Shown: positions 56,953 through 64,000 of the stretch, in pieces
Layout: each line of letters opens with the position of its first letter
How positions within the stretch are numbered: position 1 is the first letter of the stretch
Notes under the pieces: generated by a model
What the model was told of the DNA's origin: nothing
What the model saw: only the letters and a program-made list of their open reading frames with translations
Database searches by the model: none
Assembly: GCA_963783375.1 (NCBI GenBank)
Contig: CAWANH010000029.1
Coordinates: 1,216,001-1,280,000, forward strand
Direction of reading: 5' to 3'
Length of the DNA stretch: 64,000 nucleotides
Origin: Candidatus Eiseniibacteriota bacterium
GTDB lineage: Bacteria > Eisenbacteria > RBG-16-71-46 > JABDJR01
Program-made: the position numbers and the translations under genes

Positions 56953-57539
56953 TTCATTGCGAACATTGCTTCCCCGGGGGCGCACGGCGCGGGATTTATC
57001 GCGAACCATGCTTCCCCGGGGACGCACGGCGAGGACTTTATTGCGAACCTTGCTTCCCCGGGGGCGCACGGCGAGGGCTTTATTGCGAACCTTGCTTCCC
57101 CGGGGGAGCACGGTTGGCGCGATCCCGGCGCGGCCGCATGGGCCGGCCCTGCCCTTGAGCGAGGCGCGAATCGGATACCGCGGCGGGCGGCTCCGGTGAG
57201 CCACGGGCGAGCCGGAGACGGGGCCCCGTCGCGGGGGCCGAGCGAGCGAGGAAACGTCCGGTGGACGTTTCGAGCGAGCGCTGAGCGCCGAGACGAAGGG
57301 GCACCGGCCCAAAGGCCGGGCTGGGGACGAGCCGGGCCGGGGAGGCGCTGAACCCGGCCGCGCCCGACTCGACCGAACCGAGTCGGCAACGGCCCGAAGG
57401 CCGGGCTGGGCGGCCGGCGCTCTATCGCGAACCTTGCTTCCCCGGGGGAGCACGGCGAGGGCTTTATTGCGAACCTTGCTTCCCCGGGGACGCACCGCTG
57501 GCGCCTAATCGCGAACCTTGCTTCCCCGGGGACGCACGG
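56953..57539. repeat. Split array of 42-bp palindrome-containing repeats (4 + 3 copies)
   Basis: 32-bp core AT(T/C)GCGAACCTTGCTTCCCCGGGG(GC/AC/GA)GCACGG starting at 56956, 56998, 57040, 57082, 57424, 57466 and 57508; internal dyad TGCTTCCCC/GGGGGAGCA; lies between convergent genes. Confidence 0.95.
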
Positions 57540-57541
57540 GT

Positions 57542-58522
57542 TCAGCCGCGGTCGTTGCCGGGGGCGCCCCGGCCGGGCCCAACCAGCCACTCCTCGTCCG
57601 GGACCACCGATCCGATCACCGCGTCGAGGTTCTGGAGACCCCGCTCGGCCAGATATCCTCGGAGACCGGATGCGATCAGCGCGGGACAATTCGGGTCGGC
57701 GTACACCGCGGTCCCCACCTGAACCGCCTTGCACCCGGCGATCAGGAACTCCAGGGCGTCCTCGGTTTCGGCGATCCCCCCGATCCCGATCACGTCGCAG
57801 CGGAGCGCCTGGATCAGCTCCCAGCACTTGGCCAGGGCCACCGGGCGGATGGCCGGGCCGCTCAAGCCGCCCACCCCGCGGCGAAGCGCGGTGCGACGGG
57901 TCCGCACGTCGATTCTCATGCCCAGGAGCGTGTTGATGGCGGAGAGGCCGTCGGCGCCCGCGTCGAGGCAGGCCCGGCCCACCTCGCTGATGCGGGTGAC
58001 GTTGGGCGTGAGCTTGGTCCACACCGGCTTCCGGGTGGCCTTCCGCACCGCGGCCACCACCTCGGCGGCCAGCCGGGGATGGGTGCTCATATCGAGACCG
58101 CCTTCGCGGACGTTGGGGCAGGAGATGTTGAGCTCGAGGGCATCGCACCGCTCCACCGAGTCCAGCCGCTCGGCCAGCCGGGCGAAATCATCGGGTCCGT
58201 AGCCCCCGATCGAGACCACGACCCGGGTCTCGATGCCGTCGAGGCGGGGGAGCTTCTCGGTCAGGAACCGGTCGATCCCCACCCCTTCGAGCCCGATCGA
58301 GTTGAGCATCCCCGCCGGCGTCTCGGAGATCCGCGGCGGCGGGTTCCCCGGCCGCGCCTCGGCGAAGATCGTCTTGGTGACCACCCCGCCGATGGCTTCC
58401 AGGTCGAGGAGACCCAGGAGTTCGGCGCCGTACCCCCCGGTTCCCGAGGCCACCAGGATCGGGTTGCGGAGCGGGAGCCCGCCCGCGGTGATCGAGAGAT
58501 CCGGCACGATGGGCTCAGTCAT
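57542..58522 (-). CDS. pyrD: Dihydroorotate dehydrogenase, family 1B catalytic subunit
   Basis: ASGTGGYG, GNPPPRISET..GMLNSIGL, ELNISCPN, KLTPN, INT, GGLSGPAIRP, GIGGI. Confidence 0.96.
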   Translation of the reverse strand: MTEPIVPDLSITAGGLPLRNPILVASGTGGYGAELLGLLDLEAIGGVVTKTIFAEARPGNPPPRISETPAGMLNSIGLEGVGIDRFLTEKLPRLDGIETRVVVSIGGYGPDDFARLAERLDSVERCDALELNISCPNVREGGLDMSTHPRLAAEVVAAVRKATRKPVWTKLTPNVTRISEVGRACLDAGADGLSAINTLLGMRIDVRTRRTALRRGVGGLSGPAIRPVALAKCWELIQALRCDVIGIGGIAETEDALEFLIAGCKAVQVGTAVYADPNCPALIASGLRGYLAERGLQNLDAVIGSVVPDEEWLVGPGRGAPGNDRG

Positions 58523-59366
58523 GGCGGACCCGTTCCCAGTCGATCCGCGCCGCGTCCACCACCGGACCCTCGACACACTGCATGAGGTAGCGCGCCTCGT
58601 CCTTGAGCGGCACCGCGCACCCGCGGCAGAGCCCGAGCCCGCAGCCGTAGACCCCTTCGAAGCTCACCTGGCAGGCCAGGTCGTGGCGCCGGGCCAAGGC
58701 CGCGGCCTCGGCCAGGAGCACCTCGGGCCCGCAGACGTAGAGCGCCCCGCCGTCGGCCAGCCATTCGGGTCGGCCGGTCTCCAGGGCCTCGATCACCGTC
58801 CCCCGAAACCCCGCGCTACCGTCGTCGGTGGCCACCCGGAGACGATCCGGATCCAGGCGGTCCAACCCGAAGAGGAGCGCCTGGGTGCGAGCGCCAAACG
58901 CAAATCTTATATCGGGTTGCCCGCGTTCTCTTAGGATTCGGTAGAGGTAAAGGAGCGGTGCCGCGCCGCGTCCGCCGGCCACCAGGATCGCCGGGCGGGA
59001 GGGGTCCGGGGCGTAGGCCGTCCCCAGGGGGCCCAGGCAGTCGACCCGGTCGCCTTCGCGCCACCGGGCCATGGCCGCGGTCCCGCCTCCCACGACCGCG
59101 TAGTAGAGCTCGATCACCACCGCCCCGGGCTCCCGCCGGAACTCCACCACTCCGAAAGGACGCCGGAACAGGCGCTCCAGTTTGCCCCCACAGCGGAGGC
59201 TCAGGTACTGGCCGGGGAGGACGTCCGGGTAGTCGGCGGGAAGCTCGAGGGTGAGCCAAAAGAATCCGGGGTGCGTCTCACGTTGGGAGCGTACCCGCGC
59301 CGGATCCAACCGTGGCGTTGCCGGGTTCGGCGCCGGGGCGTTTCGGGTCTCGGTGGTCGGGGTCAA
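58515..59366 (-). CDS. pyrK: Dihydroorotate dehydrogenase electron-transfer subunit
   Basis: PGQY, RRPF, GPLG, AGGRGAAPL, TDDGS, CGP, CGLGLCRGC...CVEGPV [2Fe-2S] motif. Confidence 0.93.
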   Translation of the reverse strand: MTPTTETRNAPAPNPATPRLDPARVRSQRETHPGFFWLTLELPADYPDVLPGQYLSLRCGGKLERLFRRPFGVVEFRREPGAVVIELYYAVVGGGTAAMARWREGDRVDCLGPLGTAYAPDPSRPAILVAGGRGAAPLLYLYRILRERGQPDIRFAFGARTQALLFGLDRLDPDRLRVATDDGSAGFRGTVIEALETGRPEWLADGGALYVCGPEVLLAEAAALARRHDLACQVSFEGVYGCGLGLCRGCAVPLKDEARYLMQCVEGPVVDAARIDWERVRHD

Positions 59367-59482
59367 GGTCCGCCCTCTGGGTCCGGTGGTGCGCTTTTCT
59401 GCCTTCGGGACCGGCGGGTTGCCGGGAGAGTCCTTCTTCCCGAAGGCTCCGGGGCCTTGCCCTTGCCTGGTTCGACCCCCGC

Positions 59483-62400
59483 CTACTTTCCCCCCGCCTT
59501 CTTCCCGTCGTCCCCGGCATTCGTATCGGGGGGCGGGGCCTTCCCGGCATCGCCGGCGGTGGTGTCGGCGGGGGCGGTCCCATTCTCACCCACCGCTTTC
59601 AGGCTGTCAGCCGCATTCTCCCTCCCACCCGTCTTCGAACTGTCGGGGGCCGTCTCCGCCGGCTCGATCTTCAGGCTGTCCGCGCCTCCGCCCGCCGGGG
59701 TGATCGCGCCGCCCTCCTGCGTCCCGCCCTTCAAGGAGTCCGCCGGGGCGCTGGCGCCGTCCCCCTGCGTCCCGCCCTTCAAGGAGTCCGCGGGGGTGCC
59801 CGCCCCGTCCCCCGACTCCGCGCTCCTCAACGAATCCCCGGAGCCGGGAGCCGGGAACCACCCGTCCGCCGCCGGGACCGCCATCGGGTCCAGCGGCGCT
59901 CCGCTCGGGCCTACGGGAAGCGGCTTCCGGCCCACGTCCTCGGGCGGCGGCTGCGGCGTGGGGGGGACGGTGTCCCTCGGGGCGGGCGCCACCGGCGGTG
60001 TCGTCCCGGCCGGAAGCGGCGACGCCGTCTTCGACGGCAAGCCCTCCGGGGGTCCCGCGGCAGTTCCACCGGCGGGGGCACCGCCCGGCGCCGCACCACC
60101 CGGCTCAGCGTCAACCTTCCCCCCCGTCGCATTCGCGGAACCACGGCCGGGATCGTCTCCGGCCTCCAGTGGTGACCCACCCGGCGGCCCCGGCCCAACC
60201 GATGGCGGCTTCCCCGTCGGCGGCGGCGTTCCCCCCGGTGCAAGCACCGGCGGTTCGGTCCGGGTGTCGTCCCGGCTCAGGATGGCGACCGCGCGGTTTC
60301 CCCCGGGGCCGCCCGGGGGAGGGAGTTGGGCACGGCTGGAATCGGCCGGAGCCTCACGACGCATGCGTTCGAGAAGCTGGCGCTGGCGCTCACCGACCGA
60401 GGTTCCGGCGCTGGTGTCGGCGGCGGAAGCGCCGGGGGCCGACAACGAATCCGCGGGAGGCGGGGCCTCCGCCGCGGCCAGTAGGCTGTCCCGCACGGTC
60501 ACCGATGCAATGTTCTCCGGAGTTGCGAGTTCGGCCAGGCTGGGGCCGTTGAACTCCTCCGGCGAGGGTTCGCGCTCGGGCCCCTTCAGGATGCGCGCGG
60601 CCCTCCGGCCGTACTCGGTGTCGGGAAACCGGCGCATCACGTCCGCGTACTTGGCCCGTCCCCGGGCGGTGTCGGCGAGGGCGTGCATGCGCACCCACGC
60701 TTCGGCGAGAGCGGCTTTGGCCTCGTGATCGGTGCCCGGGAAGTCCTTCTGGATCGCCAAATACTCGCTGAGCGCCTTGTCCGGCTTGTCCTGTTGGAAG
60801 AGGTAGAGCTCCGCCCTCATGAAATGGGCCTGCGCCGCGGCGGCGGTGGCGGTGCTGGCCGAGTCCGAGGACGCCTCGGCGAGCAGGCTCTTCACCGTGG
60901 CCAGGCTCTTCGCCCGACGCGCCGCGTCTTCGGCAAACGATGAGCGTCCCTGGCTGCCGACCGCCTGGTATGCCTTCTGAGCCTCATCGAAGTCTTCCAG
61001 ATCCACCTCGTAGGTGTAGCCGATCCGGTACTGCGCCTCCGCGGCGTAGGTCGTTCCGCGGTATTCGTCGATCACCTGCTCGAAGGCCTGGATGGCGTCC
61101 CACGGCCTTCCCAGCGCGGCCAGCACTTGCCCCTCCTTGATCAGCACCCGGCCGAGCTGTTCGTATCTCGGATCGGTCTTGAGGAGGGTCTGCCGCTGCT
61201 GCTTGTTCTGCTGGCCGGCCACGGCGGAACCCACGGTCATCCCGGTCTGGGAATTGACCGTGCCGGTGGCGGTGTTCGGGGGTGTGTAGTTGGGATCGTA
61301 GACCCCGGTGGCCGGGTTGATCCCGCCGCTCTGGGTGTTCGGGTTGTAGTTGGGATCGTACTGTCCCGTCGCCGGGTTGATCCCCCCGGTCTGGGTGTTC
61401 GGGTTGTAGTTGGGATCGTACTGCCCCGTCGCCGGGTTGACCCCCCCGGTCTCGGTGTTCGGGTTGTAGTTGGGATCGTACTGCCCCGTCGCCGGGTTGA
61501 CCCCCCCGGTCTGGGTGTTCGGGTTGTAGTTGGGATCGTACTGCCCGGTGGCCGGGTTGATCCCACCGGGCTGGGTGTTCGGGTTGTAGTTGGGATCGTA
61601 CTGCCCGGTGGCCGGGTTGATCCCCCCGGGCTTGGCGTTCGGATTGAGCTGCGCATTCAGTAGCGAGTCCTGACGCGCCTGTTCCAGGGCCTTCAGCTTC
61701 TCGTTCCGGATGGCCTCCCGCTCCTCCGCGCTGATCCGCCCGTTGAATACGTTGGGGTCGAGCCACACCTCGACGTCCTGGTACAGCTTCAACGCCTGCT
61801 CGTGCTCATCCTGGCTCTCTAGCACCTCACCCAGATCGAGCTTGGCCTCCAGGCGCGCTTCCTCCATCGGCGCCTTGGTGGCCACATGGGTGAACAGCTC
61901 GCTCGCCCGATCGTAGGACTTGTCATCGAGGAGGAGCCGCCCCAAGGCCAGCCGCGCCTGCACCGCCAAGTCGCCCTTGGGGTAGCGGGACAGGAAATCC
62001 TGATAGGCGGCCTTCGCCCGGTCGGGGAGCTCTTCCTCCCGAAGGGCCTCGGCCACATAGAACTCCACGCTCTCCCGATCATCGTACTTGGGATAGCGCT
62101 GGATCAGGTCGGCCCAGATCGCCTGAGCCCCCGGGTAGTCTTCCTGGGCGAAGGCGGTGAGGCCCCGCCAGTAGGCGGCCTCGGCGAGCTTGTTGCTCTT
62201 GGGAAACCGCTCCGCGAAATGATCCAGCTCGCTCCGGGCGCTGATGTAGTCGCCCTTCCCGTAGTACGCCTTGGCCATGAGAAGCCGGGCGTCGTCCTGC
62301 CACTTGCTTCCCGGATAGTCCTCGATCACCTTCTTGCACTTATCGATGCACTTCGAATAGAGGTCGGAGGACCGCCCGACCGACGCGTTCTTCCGCGTGG

Positions 62401-62719
62401 AATACCGGGGATCGGCGGGGTTGATCCCACCGAGGCCGTTCGCGCTACCCCCACCCTGGCCCCCGCCGGTTATCCCCTGGGCCTGCTTGATCTCGGTCTC
62501 GTGGGCACTCTCGGCGCTCTCGTAGAACTGCTTGGCGTGATAGAAGGTGTTGAAGTAGGCGCACCCGCCGGTGAGGGCGAAGACGGCGAGCAGGACGACC
62601 CCGAACCCGCCCCGGGTTCCGCGACCCCATCCGAGGCCTCCGCGCCTCACGCCGCCGGCCCTCCGGGCGCCGCGCGGCGACGCGGCGGGGGATGCGGTTT
62701 TCGGGAAGCGGTTCAACAC
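59483..62719 (-). CDS. Large TPR lipoprotein (SprE/PorW- or BamD-like) with tandem-repeat insert and Pro/Gly/Ala-rich tail
   Basis: Lipobox LTGGC followed by AYFNTFYHAK; YPGSKWQDDA, many TPRs; 20-aa repeat insert; low-complexity C-terminus. Confidence 0.8.
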   Translation of the reverse strand: MLNRFPKTASPAASPRGARRAGGVRRGGLGWGRGTRGGFGVVLLAVFALTGGCAYFNTFYHAKQFYESAESAHETEIKQAQGITGGGQGGGSANGLGGINPADPRYSTRKNASVGRSSDLYSKCIDKCKKVIEDYPGSKWQDDARLLMAKAYYGKGDYISARSELDHFAERFPKSNKLAEAAYWRGLTAFAQEDYPGAQAIWADLIQRYPKYDDRESVEFYVAEALREEELPDRAKAAYQDFLSRYPKGDLAVQARLALGRLLLDDKSYDRASELFTHVATKAPMEEARLEAKLDLGEVLESQDEHEQALKLYQDVEVWLDPNVFNGRISAEEREAIRNEKLKALEQARQDSLLNAQLNPNAKPGGINPATGQYDPNYNPNTQPGGINPATGQYDPNYNPNTQTGGVNPATGQYDPNYNPNTETGGVNPATGQYDPNYNPNTQTGGINPATGQYDPNYNPNTQSGGINPATGVYDPNYTPPNTATGTVNSQTGMTVGSAVAGQQNKQQRQTLLKTDPRYEQLGRVLIKEGQVLAALGRPWDAIQAFEQVIDEYRGTTYAAEAQYRIGYTYEVDLEDFDEAQKAYQAVGSQGRSSFAEDAARRAKSLATVKSLLAEASSDSASTATAAAAQAHFMRAELYLFQQDKPDKALSEYLAIQKDFPGTDHEAKAALAEAWVRMHALADTARGRAKYADVMRRFPDTEYGRRAARILKGPEREPSPEEFNGPSLAELATPENIASVTVRDSLLAAAEAPPPADSLSAPGASAADTSAGTSVGERQRQLLERMRREAPADSSRAQLPPPGGPGGNRAVAILSRDDTRTEPPVLAPGGTPPPTGKPPSVGPGPPGGSPLEAGDDPGRGSANATGGKVDAEPGGAAPGGAPAGGTAAGPPEGLPSKTASPLPAGTTPPVAPAPRDTVPPTPQPPPEDVGRKPLPVGPSGAPLDPMAVPAADGWFPAPGSGDSLRSAESGDGAGTPADSLKGGTQGDGASAPADSLKGGTQEGGAITPAGGGADSLKIEPAETAPDSSKTGGRENAADSLKAVGENGTAPADTTAGDAGKAPPPDTNAGDDGKKAGGK
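61286..61645. repeat. Six 60-bp tandem coding repeats (GG[I/V]NPATGQYDPNYNPNT[Q/E]x)
   Basis: Consecutive 60-nt lines 61321-61620 align almost identically (gggttgtagttgggatcgta...gccgggttga). Confidence 0.95.
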
Positions 62720-63067
62720 CAGGGGGGCCTCTCGGGTTGGGGACCTAGGACTCTACGATACCCGTCCGGGATCGCTCAAGGGAACGGCCGTAACTCCTTC
62801 GATCGGAACCGATTCCAATGCTCCATCCCGCGGAGGAGGGACCGATCCGCCGGCGCGCACTCCACCATGTCCTACTACCCCTTGCGGTGAAAGGAGTTCC
62901 TGCAGGGGGGGCGGGCCGGGAGCCTCTCACCCGGGCCCCGGCGCCGGGGCCGCGGAAGCCGATGCGGGACGCCGGGAGCCAACTTGGCCCGGCCCGGGAG
63001 ACCGGGTATCGTGCAGCGCGTGCACCCGAAACAACGCCTCTCCATCGATCCCGAACCCCGAACACCC

Positions 63068-64000
63068 ATGACCCACGCCCCACGCGAGCCCGCCTGTCAT
63101 CGCCGGACCGTCGCCCTCCCGGCCGCGGCGGCCCTGCCGCTCGTCCTCCTGGGCCTCCTCTTCGCCGGTCCCGCGCGCGCCGAGGACTCCGGAACCCGCG
63201 TGATCCAGGTCTTCCACGACAACGTCATCCACTTCACCCCCGTCGATCCGGGTCGATATGACGTTCCCGGGATCCGGAGCGCGGACAACGGGCGGGTGCT
63301 CATCCGGAGCCTCGATGTCCGTCCCCCCGAGGGCCCGTACCGGATCCTGGCCCGGGTGGAAACCCGCCCCATCCCCATCGACTCGATCGGGGTCACCGAC
63401 CGCTGGGACCGGGCCGGAGACGTTCGCCTGGCCGTGCCCGGCGCCCCCGAGGTGGAGATCGTGAAGTTCGTGACCGCCTACGGCGGGCCCACCGTCCACG
63501 AGGTGGACGTCACCGACCTCGCCCCGCTCCTTCGCGGCCGGTGCGCGTTCAAGGGGTTCATCGACACCTGGGCGTCGCCGGGGTGGCGGATGGACTTCAC
63601 GCTGCGCTTCGTTCCCGACCCCGGGGCGCGGACGCCGGCCTGGGTGGAGCCGGTCCTCTACGAGGAGTCGGTCACCGCCGGGAGCATGGCCGGGGGGCCG
63701 ATCTCCGTGCCGGTGGAGGTGCCCCCGGGCCTCGGCCGGGTCACCCTCCGCTACCTGGTCTCCGGCCACTGCACCGACGGCATCGACGCCGACGAGTTCG
63801 TGAGCAAGACCAACGCGATCTCGGTGGACGGCGCCGATGTCTACCGCTTCAACCCCTGGCGGGACGACTGCCGCCGCTTCCGCGGCGTGAACCCTTACAC
63901 CCGCCACTGGCCCGACGGCACCTGGTCCAGCGACTACTCGCGAAGCGGCTGGTGCCCGGGGGACGTGGTGTCTCCGGTGACCGTGGTCCTCGGCCGGCCC
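63068..64000 (+). CDS. Peptide-N-glycosidase F (PNGase F)-like secreted protein (runs off the window end)
   Basis: Manual translation from ATG 63068: signal peptide, DRWDRAG, EIVKFVTAYG, DVTDLAPLL, SGHC..G.DADEF, PWRDDC..FR..NP, SSDYSRSGWCPG. Absent from the ORF track because it has no stop inside the window. Confidence 0.85.
   Translation, partial: MTHAPREPACHRRTVALPAAAALPLVLLGLLFAGPARAEDSGTRVIQVFHDNVIHFTPVDPGRYDVPGIRSADNGRVLIRSLDVRPPEGPYRILARVETRPIPIDSIGVTDRWDRAGDVRLAVPGAPEVEIVKFVTAYGGPTVHEVDVTDLAPLLRGRCAFKGFIDTWASPGWRMDFTLRFVPDPGARTPAWVEPVLYEESVTAGSMAGGPISVPVEVPPGLGRVTLRYLVSGHCTDGIDADEFVSKTNAISVDGADVYRFNPWRDDCRRFRGVNPYTRHWPDGTWSSDYSRSGWCPGDVVSPVTVVLGRP

Noticed and set aside
56667-57351. 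Repeat-encoded peptides (FIANLASPGxHG multi-core RiPP precursor, or CEPCFPG CxxC repeats)
   Set aside because: The 42-bp period keeps several frames open by construction. The codons (TTT, ATT, CTT, GCT) do not match genome usage, the ORF starts overlap the GNAT gene, and no RiPP maturase is nearby. Not formally excluded without proteomics.
56953-57539. CRISPR array
   Set aside because: The intervening segments are only about 10 nt and mostly similar to each other rather than unique 25-45-nt spacers; no cas genes or AT-rich leader.
62720-63067. tRNA or ncRNA in the divergent gap
   Set aside because: No cloverleaf, T-loop GTTCRA or CCA end; only a short TCGGAACCGA dyad.

Overview
A very GC-rich bacterial chromosome segment. 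The porX-tsaE synteny, the FCB-type LptD, the SprE/PorW-like TPR lipoprotein and the PNGase F suggest an FCB-superphylum organism, possibly a candidate phylum; this is inference only. In order, the window holds: (1) a perR-catalase pair with twin TTAGA-N5-TCTAA operators; (2) a long minus-strand run of envelope and housekeeping genes (TPR lipoprotein, CAAX protease, M16 peptidase, membrane-TPR protein, MATE/ANKH-like transporter, mgtE, cystathionine gamma-lyase/synthase); (3) a tandem pair of UshA-like secreted proteins; (4) serS-histidine kinase-porX-tsaE-tsaB-rimI-accD-sugar ABC ATPase-ROK-lptD; (5) a ~22-kb surface polysaccharide and glycolipid region (frameshifted wecA-like gene behind a long structured leader, wzx, GT4s, a Wzy/ligase-GT4 fusion, two Wzz-like proteins, SLBB exporter, wzi, wecB, rfbB, ugd); (6) pyrF, pyrD and pyrK, interrupted by a histone-H1-like/YkvA fusion, a GNAT and a split array of 42-bp palindromic repeats; (7) a TPR lipoprotein with 60-bp tandem repeats; (8) a PNGase F-like gene. 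The best signal is a hidden selenoprotein that the ORF track splits in two. It reads C-G-UGA with a downstream SECIS-like hairpin, is fused to a tetraheme cytochrome c domain, and sits next to a Cys-containing (CGC), heme-less paralog. No rRNA, tRNA, transposase, integrase or CRISPR-Cas was seen. All calls come from motif recognition by eye; no searches or folding programs were run.
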